A stretch of DNA of 33,931 bases. It comes from Chiloscyllium plagiosum. Taxonomy: Eukaryota. Under the pieces are notes generated by a model that made no database searches, was not told the origin of the DNA, and saw only the letters and a program-made list of their open reading frames with translations. The stretch is taken from NCBI RefSeq assembly GCF_004010195.1, contig NC_057720.1, positions 18,722,165 through 18,756,095 on the forward strand, in the 5' to 3' direction. The stretch's first letter is position 1. Each line of letters starts with the position of its first letter. This document shows positions 1-11,501 of this stretch, in pieces. Made by a program: the position numbers and the translations under genes.

Positions 1-866
1 CAGGGATCAGTTTTGGGTCCTCTGCTGTTTGTAATTTTTATTAATGACTTGGAAGAGGGTGGGTCAGTAAATTTTTAGATGATATGAAGATTTGTGGAGT
101 TGTGGATAGTGAGGAGGGCTGTTGTTGGCTGCAAAGGGACTTAGATATGATGCAGAGCTGGGCTGAGGAGTGGCAGATGGAGTTCAACCCTGTCAAGTGT
201 GAGGGTGTCCCTTTTGGAAGGACAAATAAGAATGCGGAATACAGGGTTAATGGTAGGGTTCTTAGTAAGGTGGAGGAGCAGAGGGATCTTGGGGTCTATG
301 TTCATAGATCTTTGAAAGTTGCCACTCAGGTGGATAGAGCTTGTAAGAAGGCCTATGGTGTATTAGCGTTCATTAGCAGAGGGATTGAATTCAAGAGTCG
401 TGAAGTGATGTGGAAGCTTTGGAGAGGGCGCAGAGAAGATTTACCAGGATGTTGCCTGGAATGGAGAATAGGTCGTACAAGGATAGGTTGAGAGTGCACG
501 GCCTTTTCTCATTGGAACGGCGAAGGATGAGGGGTGACTTGATAGAGGTTTATAAGATGATCAGAGGAATAGATAGAGTAGACAGTAAGAAACTTTTTCC
601 CCGAGTACAACAGAGTGTTACAAGGGGATATAAATTTAAGGTGAAGGGTGGAAGGTATAGGGGAGATGTCAGGGGTAGGTTCTGTACCCACAGAGTGGTG
701 GGGACATGGAATGCGCTGCCTGTGGGAGTGGCAGAGTCAGAATCATTGGTGACCTTTAAGCGGCAATTGGATAGGTACATGGATGGGTGCTTAAGCTAGG
801 ACAAATGTTCGGCACAACATCGTGGGCCGAAGGGCCTGTTCTTGCTGTATTGTTCTATGTTCTATC
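1..866 (+). mobile_element. CR1-clade LINE 3' fragment (RT C-terminal half + 3' UTR), decayed
   Basis: Translates QGSVLGPLLFVIFINDL, degenerate [43 protein letters not shown]; ends in gggccgaagggcctgtt and a (gttctat)n tail. Confidence 0.93.
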
Positions 867-869
867 TAA

Positions 870-1005
870 GTCATGCAGCATCCGAGGAGCAGGAGAATCA
901 ATGTTTTGGGATTCCTGAGGAAGGGATCCTGCCTGAAATGTTGATTCTCCTGCTCCTCAGATGCTGTGTGACTAGCTGTGCTTTTCCAGCACCACACTCT
1001 CAACT
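870..1005. mobile_element. Short Penelope-like element terminus (family A) in fold-back arrangement
   Basis: 870-910 is an imperfect inverted copy of 932-972; sequence matches the termini at 18040-18170 and 33597-33730; degenerate hammerhead core on + at 911-946 (CTGAGGA...GAAATGTT). Confidence 0.8.
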
Positions 1006-1262
1006 GCTTCAAAGGAAGCACCAACCAAATTGCATAGCAAAAGCCACACTAGCTCAAATACTGACCGCCTAGAAGGTATTTCATCTAAACTAGAGTTGGG
1101 AGCATCTGTTGGTGAGCACTTCCACTGAGATAATTCTGCAACTGACTGAGGAATAAAATTCCCCATGTGGCTGGCATTCAGAGGGCTGCCAGAAACCAGG
1201 TGTCCATTCACACTAGGCAGGAAAAGACTCCATAGTACTATAAAACAAAACTTTTAGAGATC

Positions 1263-1830
1263 TAAAACAGAAACAAAAACAACTTGTCGGCGTAACTCAG
1301 TAGACCTGGCAGCATCTGTGGGGAGAAAGCAGGGGTAACATTTCAAGATTGATAACCCTTCGTTGGAACTGAAAGCAGCGAGGAAAATGTGTTTTTTATG
1401 CTGAATGTGAGGTGAGGTGGGGAGGTGGGAGATAGTTGGAGATGGAACCAGGAGAGAGAAGCATGAAAGGCGTAGGCAACTGAGGCGATTATTGATAGTA
1501 GACCAGGACAGAAGAGAAGCTGACTAAGTAATAATGAGAGCTCAGAGTAGAAGAGAATGGGTATCATGATAATAGGACTAAGGGTGGGTGTGAATGTGTA
1601 GGTTGTACTGAAAGAAACCCATGTCATGACAGGACCATGATGTAGGGGTGGGTAAAAACACATGGATGGTTAGAATCGGGTTCTAAAGTTACTAAAGTCG
1701 GAGTCCCAAGTGGAAAGTGAGATGCTGTTCCTTGGAGCTTGTGCTGAGGCTCGCTGGAGCATTGCAGCAGGTCTACAACAGAAATGTTGGTATGGGAACA
1801 GGGTTCCATGTTGAAGTGGGAGACAACTGC
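1263..1830 (-). mobile_element. Penelope-like element (family B) 3' end: GIY-YIG C-terminus + terminal region
   Basis: Minus strand reads VVSHFNMEPCSHTNISVVDLLQCSSEPQHKLQ then, frameshifted, QHLTFHLGL-like, resembling the PLE endonuclease C-terminus; decayed hammerhead-like motif at 1334-1369. Confidence 0.72.
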
Positions 1831-1971
1831 AGTTGAAGCAGTGATTTACCTGCACTTCATTCAATCTGGTCTACTGTACTCACTCTACATTGGAGTGATG
1901 AAATGCAGACTTCACAGATGAAGTCACTTTGCAGAACACTTAGGTTCTGTCTGTCAGAATGCCCCTGAGCT
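1831..1971 (+). mobile_element. Inverted upstream segment of the same PLE (GIY-YIG core)
   Basis: Plus strand reads (with frameshifts) KQ*FTCTSFNLVYC..LYIGVMKCRL..HFAEHLGSVCQNAPEL, i.e. the VYC/YIG and FAEH motifs of the PLE GIY-YIG endonuclease. Confidence 0.72.
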
Positions 1972-2270
1972 AGAAAGTACACACACAAATAGACAGGATC
2001 TATTTTATGTCGGCAAAAGAATTGTACTTGCCTTACACCTTTTTGAAGAAAGAGGGTCATTGGAGGTAACCAAACTTGGCTGCATCCCAAAGGCATTGCC
2101 CTGACTAACCAGAATCTACTTGTTTAGTGTGAGAATTAAGATGATGGTGTATCTCCATGCTAATGATGGCCCAGTCAATCAGCACACATTGCAAGTCTGT
2201 TTCTTGTGACCTAGTTCTGATGAGTGCAAAATGAAACTCTTCAACTCTTGTCTCCTTTTAGCAATGCTTA
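1970..2270 (+). mobile_element. Penelope-like element (family C) extreme C-terminus and 3' terminal region
   Basis: Frameshifted LESTHTNRQ-GSILCRQKE-VLALHLF resembles the LCRQKEFV..L.LF C-terminus of some PLEs; followed by a hammerhead motif at 2213-2246. Confidence 0.55.
2213..2246 (+). ncRNA. Minimal type I hammerhead ribozyme motif (family C)
   Basis: AGTT-CTGATGA-GT-gcaaa-AT-GAAA-ctct-TC-AACT: stem I AGTT/AACT, core boxes in the correct order, predicted cleavage after C2242. Confidence 0.6.
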
Positions 2271-2459
2271 ACTTTTATACTATTTAAAGAACCACCTTTG
2301 AGGGGACACAGGAGGCATGAGTGAGATGTATGTGTAAATACGTTTCCAGTTTTGGAAATTATGTCCACTTTTCATCAGCTGTGTATGCAATTCTCTAGCT
2401 TCAACTATAATCTTGAAGATTCAGAGCCTGTCTTAGCGCTCCTTGATTGTTTGATAGTC

Positions 2460-2869
2460 AACATAAAAACCAGGAGCAGGAGTAGGCAATCTGGCCCTTC
2501 AAACCTGTTCCGCCATTCAATAAGATCATGGCTGATCTTTTTGTGGACTCAACTCCACTTACCCATGCTCTCACCATATCCCTTAATTCCTTTATTATTC
2601 AAAAAAAACTATCTTGGCTTGAAAAATGTTTAATCAAGTAGTGTCAACTACTTCACTAGGCAGGGAATTCCATAGATTTATAACCCTCTGGGTGAAAAAG
2701 ATTCTTCTCAATTCAGTCCTAAATCTGCTCCCTTTAATCTTGAGGCTATGCCCTCTTGTCCTAATTTCACCTGCCAGTGGAAAAATCCTCTCTATTTCTG
2801 TCTATTCCTTTCATAATTTTATGTTTCTATAAGATTCCCCCTCATTCTTCTGAATTCCAATGAATATAG
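2460..2869 (-). mobile_element. CR1 LINE 3' end (non-inverted part of an inverted insertion)
   Basis: Reverse complement begins at the YSLEFRRMRG region and runs to a CR1-type 3' UTR. Confidence 0.85.
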
Positions 2870-3765
2870 CAAGGCATCTCAATAAAAATTGCCCCTTTGG
2901 GTACACGCAGGATGGGTTCATGAAGGGCAGGTCATGCTTAACAAATCCTTTGGAATTTTATGAAGATATTACAAGCAAGGTAGACACCGAGGACCCAGTA
3001 GATGTGGTGTACCTAGATTTCCAAAAGGCTTTCGACAAGGTGCCGCACAAGAGGCCACTGCATAAGATAAAGATGCATGGCATTATGGGTAAAGTATTAG
3101 CATGGATAGGGAATTCATTGACTAATAGGGGATAAATGAGTGCTATTCTGGCTGGCAATCAGTAACTAGTGGTGTGCCTCAGGGATCAGTGTTGGGATTG
3201 CAATTATTCATAATTTAAATGGATGATTTGGAGTTGAGTACCATGTTTAATGTGTCAAAGTTTGCAGACGACACTAAAATGAATGGCAGAGCCAAGTGTG
3301 CAGAGGACTGTGAAACTTTGCCTAGGAACATAGTTACATTGAGTATTTGGGCAAAGGTCTGATAGATGGAATACAATGTTAATAAATGTAAAGTCATACA
3401 TTTTGGTAGGACTAAAGGTAAAAAGGATTATTACTTGAATGATAACAGCATACTGCTGTGCAGAGAGACCTGGATGTCCTTGTGCAAGAATCAGAGAGTT
3501 GGTCTACAGGTACAACAATAATTAGAAAGGCAAATGGAATTTTGTTCTTTATTGCTAAAGGGATCAAGTTTAAAAGCAGGGAGGTTACGGTACAGCTGTA
3601 CAAGGTGCTGGTGAGGCCACATCTGGAGTACTGTGTTTTGGTCTCTTTATTTGAGAAAGGATGTACTGGCACTGGAGCGGGTACAAAGGATGTTCACGAG
3701 GTTGATTCCGGAGTTGAGGGGTTGGCTTATGAGGAGAGACTGAGGTTACATTCATTGGAATTCAG
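2870..3765 (+). mobile_element. CR1 LINE RT segment, inverted relative to 2460-2869
   Basis: GFMKGRSCLTN, VDVVYLDFQKAFDKVPH, VPQGSVLG, KFADDTK, LVRPHLEYC, ending HSLEF. Confidence 0.9.
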
Positions 3766-3803
3766 CTCCTTCACCATGTCTAGGCAATGGGTAAATGGTA
3801 AGT

Positions 3804-3940
3804 GATAGGCAAAAGTGAGGACTGCTGATGCTGGAGATTAGAGTCGAGAGTGTGGTGCTAGAAAAGCACAGCAAATCAGGCAGCATCCGAGGAGCAGGAG
3901 AATCAACGTTTCAGGCAAAAGTCCTTCATCAGGAATGAAG
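3804..3940 (-). mobile_element. Short PLE family A terminus with 8-bp target-site duplication
   Basis: tggtaagt at 3796-3803 and 3941-3948; minus-strand hammerhead core attcCTGATGAaggacttttgcctGAAACGTTgatt (3901-3936). Confidence 0.85.
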
Positions 3941-4447
3941 TGGTAAGTACTTAGGCAACTAGGGTTAATCTTTCTAGGTGGTAAAACATTGCTATTTTTT
4001 CACAGCCATTAGTGCAATTCATTCTTTGTGTTGCACGATATGGTCAGACATGATTGGGACAAGGAATTGGGAGAGTGCATATTAATAGGACGAAGCTATG
4101 TAATAATGAAGGTCAGACTCGGTGATAATCCTGTTAATAGTCCTCTTACCACTCACTGCTGAGAATTTCATCTCAATAGAAACTTGGTTGGAAAACGTGA
4201 CTATATGATCTTGACTCTCCCAAATTTCTTGCTATAACCTGCATTATTCAGGGCCTGGCAAGATGCTGCCCATTATGTATACAGGCCTCAAATGAATTTT
4301 TCAAGCAAAAGACAATACCAGTAGCAATCCTTCAGTGATGCATTGAGGTGACTGTGTGCTTGAATGGCCATAAACATGAAATCTTCTCAAACCATCATAT
4401 GTGTGCTTTCATTGAATCAAACAAGCAATGCATTACCAATTTTTATT

Positions 4448-4558
4448 TAATTCAAATTTCAACATCCATAGTGGAGGGACTTGAACCAATGTCCTCAGAA
4501 CCTTAACCTGGGATTGTGGAATTATCAGTCCAGTGACATTACCATTGTGCCACCACCT
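4448..4558 (-). mobile_element. tRNA-derived SINE (second family), 5' head
   Basis: Reverse complement has A-box-like tggcacaatggtaa and B-box-like ggttcaagtcc; homologous to 6757-6863, 16085-16218 and 25400-25688. Confidence 0.6.
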
Positions 4559-4749
4559 CTCAGTCTGATGTATTACCTGTAGGTTGCCCAACACGTCAAA
4601 CATATGTTAATAATAGATCAAAATTGTTCTTGGATAAAAGGTAATTATGCTTCCAATGACTATTGAGAGTATAAGAATGTTGTGCATTAATGCCACTTTA
4701 TTGTGTCTAATTCTGTACTTCTATTGTCAGAAGTCAAATATACAATGCC

Positions 4750-5300
4750 TGTTATTTGAGGAGCTTCAGGTAGAGTTATTGAGCTGGAGTTTGAGCTTCA
4801 AACACTGCAGTGTATCAGGGAGGAGATCTTTTAAGACAATGACACCCTTTTGGACAGGGTTCCCTTTGTTTGGGCTGTGGTCTGGGGGGCGGGGAGGGTT
4901 GTTTGTGTATGTGTGACTGAGACTGGTTTGATGATAGCAAAAGAAGAACATCAACCCTTGGAATTGTCCAACAGGTCCTAGATTCTTGTAGCATGTCTGG
5001 ATGAGAGTCTTCTGACCTTTTGATTGAACGGGCCGACTGTGTATTGTAGCCAAATTTGTGATCTAAAACTAGGTAGGAAGGCAAGTTATGAGGTGGATAC
5101 AAAGATACAACCATCATATCTCGATAAAGCGAGTGGGCAAAAAATTGCTAGATATTAGGAAAACTGTGGATTATGCATTTTGGTGGGAAGAATAGAAAAG
5201 CAAATTTAAACTCAATGTACTGAGCAAGTTGCAGTTCAGAGGGTTTGGATGATCTTATAATGTAACTCAAAAAGTTAGCGCACAATTACAGCAAGTGACA
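4750..5300 (+). mobile_element. Highly decayed CR1 fragments (ORF1 coiled-coil piece, then RT piece)
   Basis: LFEELQ/RVIELEFELQTL-like, similar to the ORF1 region near 20000; downstream AKF-DD-K-like and KCxxMHFG-like remnants. Confidence 0.5.
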
Positions 5301-5809
5301 AGTGAAGGTGCACTAACTGCACCATACTGTTGACTCAGTTATTTCAGTTATGCAACTCTTCCTTAAGACTTCTCCCAGCCTGATTTGTAAAAGCAGAAAC
5401 AATTAAATATTTTTATTAACAACATCCATCTCACAGAGTAGATTTCAGGACTATATACAACCAACAATCTGCTCTGAAATCCTAGCTTGCGTATTGTCAG
5501 CTGTGACAAATTCACTTCAGCAGCTAATTCAAACAACAGCTTTGCAACCTACCACATTCTTAGATATTTTGCGCCATATCTCTTAATATTAATGGATCAT
5601 TTTATTTAATTCAAAGATCAAAATCCAGATCTGCATCTTAACAAAAGACAAATCGATTTTGCCTTGGGCCATATCATATCTGTACGAGCTTTCAATGAAA
5701 TCCATCAATTAGTTTTAAACTAGTAGTTGTTTAAATAATATACCCACCTTCAATGGAAAAGGAAATTAAGAAAGCAAATAGAACGTGAACATTTATTGCA
5801 ACATGGGTG

Positions 5810-6175
5810 AAGTATAAAAGAATGATCTTATTAAAATATGTTAAGTTTTTGAGAAGGCTTGACATGATGGGTGCTGGGAGGATGTTTCATTGGGAATCTT
5901 TCATTCGCGCACACAGTTTAGAGAGATCTCCCATTTAAGGTGGAACACAGAGGATTTTCTTCTCTAAGTGAGTCATCTGTCATCAGAAGTCATTTCCCCA
6001 ACAATGGCAAGTGAGTAATTGGAAAGACTTCAAGGCTGAGAGACAGATTTTTACCTCCAAGGGAGTGGAGGGGCAGGCAGGAAAGCGAAGTTAAGGCCAG
6101 ATTCCAGGTAGGTGTCAGTATTTTGGCATGCAGAGCAGGCTCAGTGGGCTAAATGGCCAGTTCCCCTGCTCTCAT
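5810..6175 (+). mobile_element. Old CR1 LINE 3' fragment
   Basis: DLIKIC.., aggattttcttctct, ttcaaggctgag, 3' UTR-like gagcaggctcagtgggctaaatggcc. Confidence 0.55.
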
Positions 6176-6756
6176 TTGTGTGGGATTTTTGTATTCGCTT
6201 TGAAACTTAGATTGGACTTAATGTTTCAGAAATTTGCACAAATCCATTGAGAGGTTTGGTATACCATTTAGATTCTAACTTGATTTCAGATTACACCATA
6301 ATTAATAGCTTAGCAACCATTTCTAATTTCTTCATAACAACTAAAAGTCCTGTTAAACTGGTTTTTCTCAAGCTAGAAAATTACAAGTTGTAGAAAAATG
6401 AGAAAGAATGAGACTAGTGCTGTAAGATGAGCCAAGTTAAAAAGCAAGAAATATTAATGAAGTTAAACAATGATGCATAGTAGCTTGTTTACACATGCAA
6501 TTAAATATTGATCTGAAACCCAAGGTGATAGTTTCTTAAAGTCTCTATAGTTGATCATATTGATTTTAGATTGAAAGCAACATTAGCAAATTCAAAGATC
6601 CCCTAGCTAACCATAGACTTTGCAAGTTTTCAACTTGCATTTGTTTTGCTCTAACCTATTACAATAATACTACTACATAAATGGTAAAATTTACTGTTCC
6701 TGAATATAAACTATGGCTAAAATTATCATTAAACTCTTATTTCCAGATTATTATCA

Positions 6757-6863
6757 AATTCAAATTGAACCATTTGGCATGATGGCATTTGAACCCGAGT
6801 TCCCAGAACATACCCGGGTGTCTGGATTAATGATCTAACAATAATACCAAGTAGGCCATTGCC
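6757..6863 (-). mobile_element. tRNA-derived SINE (second family), 5' head
   Basis: Reverse complement: ggcaatggcctacttggtattatt...gggttcaaatgcc...aatttgaattt. Confidence 0.6.
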
Positions 6864-6869
6864 AGCCCA

Positions 6870-7110
6870 TGTCCTGACCAGTCAATCAACCTGTTTACAA
6901 TTTAAACAAATCCTGGCAGTTAACTGTCAATCATCATTAAATGCTGCATTCTCCATTGCAATGTTTCTGCTGATCAGAATGCATTGTCAACCAATCAGGG
7001 TTCAATGCCTGTCAACCAACCAACACCTAGAAATGTTGGTTTTCCCCTTAAATGAGTATTTTTCTGAATTGCCCTGATGAGTGCAAGGCTAAGTGTAAGG
7101 TTAAAAATGT
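6870..7110 (+). mobile_element. PLE family C-like 3' terminal remnant with dead hammerhead half
   Basis: CTGATGAgtgcaa at 7074-7086 is identical to 2217-2229; upstream (gt/c)caatcag motifs are shared; no downstream GAAA. Confidence 0.4.
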
Positions 7111-7354
7111 CTTGTTTTGGCTATATAGTTTTATATTTGAAACTCTCAGTAAGAGTCTGTCTAACTGGCTACTTAGGACTGTGTAGGGCAGTTATCACCT
7201 TAGTTATGCATGGTGAACATGAACAACCACATGCATCATCACAAGCACAGAGATGTATGTTTAACTAGAAAAGCTGTTCCTTAAATATAGACCACAGTTC
7301 AGAAAGCAGTGATCTCTCATCCTGCCAGAATACAGGATGAGCATCAGTCCCAGA

Positions 7355-7634
7355 TGTCCATTATTCCCCAGTGAAATAACTGCACAGAGGCCAGTGTCCC
7401 ATCACCAAGTCACCCTTTATTTACTTGTGCACAGTACACTGACTGCGGCCAGCCAGCTCAGAGTCAATCACCTGAACAGAAGAGATTCTAAATCCTGTTT
7501 TTTTTTTGTTATAATTTATAATTTTTTTAGAAACCCCCTGTTTTTATTGGTAAGCCAGGCTTCCTGATTGGCCCAGGTTAAAAACCCCAAGCAAGAATCT
7601 TGTCAGTGAGATCCACCTGGTTCCAATGACTACA
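7355..7634 (-). mobile_element. Possible solo LTR
   Basis: TGT...ACA ends, 280 bp, flanked by ccaga (7350-7354) and tcaga (7635-7639); AATAAA on the minus strand (~7413-7418). Confidence 0.4.
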
Positions 7635-8690
7635 TCAGAAACAGAGTGGCGTTGCAGCAACAGTTCCCAAAGTATCAACTCTCCCTAGAAAAGGAACACC
7701 CCCAAAATGAGCATATGCCAGAAGAACAGCAAACAGAATCATCTGCTTACCATTAGGAGACCTGCACAATTTAAAGATTATGTATGCAATGCATGTTCAA
7801 AACCTAATGAAAGTACAGAGTAGAGTTCATGCATTGTTGTTAATGATCATTTCCTTTGTGATCACAGAGTCATATAACATGGAAACAGACCATTCGGTCC
7901 AACTATACCTAATTGACCAAACTAAACTAGTCCCACCTGCCTGTGTTTGGCCCATGTCCCTCCAAACCTTTTCCTATTAATGTGCTTCTCCAAATGTCTT
8001 TTACATATTGTAACTGTACCTGCATCCCCCACTTCCTCTGGCAGTTCATTGCACATTTTCTATGTAATAAAAAAGTCACCCCTCATGTCCTCCTTAAAAC
8101 TTTCTTATCTTAAAAATATGCCCCCCCTAGTTTTGAACTCCCCCAGCCTGGGAAAAAGACCCTTGTTATTCACCTTTTATATGCCCCTTATTATCTTATA
8201 AACATCTAGAGTCACCCCTCAACCTCCTAGGCTCCAGTGAAACATATCCCAGCTGAACCAGTTTTATAACTCAAACCCTCTATTCCTGGCAACATTCTTG
8301 TAATTTTTTTCTGAATCCTCTCCAATTTAATAATATCCTTCTTACAGCAGGGTGACCAGAACTGCACACAGTGCTCCAGAAGAGGCTTCACCAACATCGT
8401 GTAGAAACTCAACATGACATCCCAACTCCTATACTCAATGGTCTGAGCAACGAAGGCAAGCACGCTAAAAGCCTTCTTAACCATGCTGTCTGCCTGTGAA
8501 GATTTCAAAGAATTATGTACCTGAATACCTAGTTTTACAACATGACTCAGGACCTTCCATTAATTGTGTAAGTCCTGTCCTTGTTTGTCTCACCACAATG
8601 CAATACCTTGCATTTATCCAAATTAAATTCCATCTGCCACTCGGATGACCCATTGACCCAATTGATCAAGATTTTTGTAATCTAAGATAA

Positions 8691-11449
8691 TAACAAAGAA
8701 CATTACAGCGCAGGAATGAGCCCTTTGGCCTTCCAAGCCTGCACCAATCCATATCCTCTATCTAAATCTGCCGTCAATTTTCTAAGGATCTGTATCCCTT
8801 TATTCCCTGACCATTCATGTATCTATCTAGATACATTTTAAATGATGCTATCGTTCCTGCTCCTACCATCTCTGCTGGCAACGTATTCCAGGTACCCACC
8901 ATCCTCTGCATAAAATACTTTCCACATATATCTCCCCTAAACTTTTCGCCTCTCACTTTGAACTTGTGACCCCTAGTATTTGAGTCTTCCACTCTGGGAA
9001 AAGGTTTCTTGCTATCCACCTTGTCTACACCTCTCATGATTTTGTACGCCTCAATCAGGTCCCCTCTCATGTCCATGTATATGAATCTACATCCCTTTCC
9101 TCATCAATCAACTTTGTCACCTCTTCAAAGAATTCTATTAAGTTTGTAAGACATGACCTTTCCTCGACAAAATCATGTTGCCTATCACTGATAAGCCCAT
9201 TTTCTTCCAAATGGATATATATCCAATCCCTGAGTATCTTCTCCAGTAGTTTCCCAACCACTGCCGTCAGGCTCACAGGTCTGTAATTACCTGGATTATC
9301 CTTGCTACCCTGCTTAAATGAGAGGATAACATCAGCAATTCCCCAGTTCTCTGGAACGTCCCCCATTTTCAAAGATCCTGCAAAGATATCTGTTAAAGCC
9401 CTAGTTATTCCCTCTCTCACTTTTCTCAGTAACCTGGGATAGATTCCATCCGGTCCTGGAGACCTGTCCACCTTAATGCCTTCTAGAATACACAACACTT
9501 CCTCCTTCATTATGCCAACTTGACCTAGAGTAATCAAAGATCTATCCCTAACCTCAACATCCACCATGTTCCTCTCCTCGCTGAATACCGATTCAAAGTA
9601 CTCATTAAGAATCTCACCCATTTTCTCTGACTCCACACATATCTTTCCTCCTTTGTCCTTGGGTGCACCAACCCTTTCCCTCGTTACCCTCTTGCTCCTT
9701 ATATATGAATAAAAGGCTTTGAGATTTTCCTTAACCCTGCTCGCTAAGGATATCTCATAACCTCTTTTAGCCCTCATAATTCTTCATTTCAGATTTGTCC
9801 TACATTCTACCAAAGCTTTATCTGACTTCGTCTGATGCACTTAAACTTTATGTATGCATCCTTTTTCCTCTTAGCTAGTCTCACAATTTCACCTGTCATC
9901 CATAGTTCCCTAATCTTGCCATTTCTATCCCTCACTTTCACAGGAACATATATCTCCTGAACCCTAATCAACCTTTCTTTAAAAGCCTCCCACATATTGA
10001 ACATGGATTTCCCTTCAAACAACTGCTCCCAATCTACATTCCCCAGCTCCTGATGAATTTTGGTATAATTGGCCTTCCCCTAATTTAGCACTCTTCCTTT
10101 AGGGCCACGCTCGTTTTTGTCCACGAGTATCCTAAAGCTTATGGAATTGTGATCACTATTCTGAAAGTAATCCCCCACTGAAACTTCAACCACTTGGCCG
10201 GGCTCATTTCCTTACACCAGGTCCAGTATGGCCCTTCACAAGTTGGACTACTTACAAATTGCTCTAGAAAACCCTCCTGGATGCTCCTTCCAAATTCTGC
10301 TCCACCTAATCCTCTAACACTAAGTGAATCCCAATCAATGTTGGGAAAATTAAAATCTTCAGTCACCACCATCATATTGCTCCTACATCTTTCTATGATC
10401 TCTTTACATGTTTGTACTTCTATCTCATGTTCGCTGTTGGGAGGCCTGTAGTACAGCCCCAACATTGTTATTGCATCCTTCCTATTTCTGAGCTCTGTCC
10501 ATATTGCCTCACTGCTTGAGACCTCTATAGTGCCCTCCTTCAGCACAGCTGTGATATCTTCTTTGACCAGTAAGGCAACCTATTATCTAGTTCCTTACAA
10601 GCTTTAATTACTATGTCCTTCCTGTCCACCAACCTGCTCATTTGGTTTCCACCCCACTGCCACATTAATTTAAACCTTCCCCAAAAGCGTTAGCAAAAGC
10701 ACCCCAAGGACATGGTTTCCAGTCTGGCCCAGGTGTAGACCATCCAATTTATAATAGTCCCACCTCCCCCAGAACCGATCCCAATGTCCCAAAAACCTGC
10801 ACCATCTCTCAAGCCATGCATTCATCCTGAATATTCTATCATTCCTACTTTGACTAGCAAGTGGCACTAGTAGCAAACCTGAGATTGCTACCTCTGAGGT
10901 CCTACTTTCTAACTTGGTTCCTAACTCCCTAAATTCTTCATGTAGGATCTCATCCCGTTTTTTTACCTGCACCATTGGAGCTTATATGCACCACAACAAC
11001 TAGTTGTTCACCCTCCCCCTTGAGAATTTTCTGCAGTCGATCTGAGGCATCCCTGGCCCGTGCACATGGGAGTGTCATTTTTGACCACAGAAACACCTAT
11101 CTACTCCCGTTACAATTGAATCCCCCTATGACTATTATGACTATTTGATTCTTAAATTTGACAGAACATTGTTGTTTGAGACTGGACAAGGGCTGGTTGT
11201 AACATTTCATCAAAACGATTATTGTAATCATGTAGACAATTACTCATGACTTTAGGATGATGTGCAGACAGCAACTGCTGCTTTGTAGATCAAAAGAATC
11301 CTTCTGACTCTTTTTCCTGCCCTTCAGTACAGCAGAACCAGCCATGGTGCCATTAATTTGGCTACTGCTGCCTTCCCCGGTGAGCCATCTCCCCCAACAA
11401 TATCCAAAACGGTATACCTGTTTTGGAGGGAGATGACCGCAGGGGGCAC
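8691..11449 (-). mobile_element. CR1 LINE, same family as 19339-24031, 5'-truncated with internal deletions
   Basis: ORF1 esterase (DGLHL), APE (YRPP, DFNFPNIDW), RT N-terminal part (SPGPDGIYPR, NYRPVSLT, SCLTNLIEFF), C-terminal RGDLIEAYK, ttctttgtt tail; colinear with 20400-24031. Confidence 0.92.
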
Positions 11450-11501
11450 CTTCTTCACATAATCTTCTTCACTGTCAAATATACTATCAATTGTCATGTT
11501 A

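Noticed and set aside
7074..7110. Functional hammerhead
   Set aside because: CTGATGA is present but the GAAA box and cleavage triplet are missing
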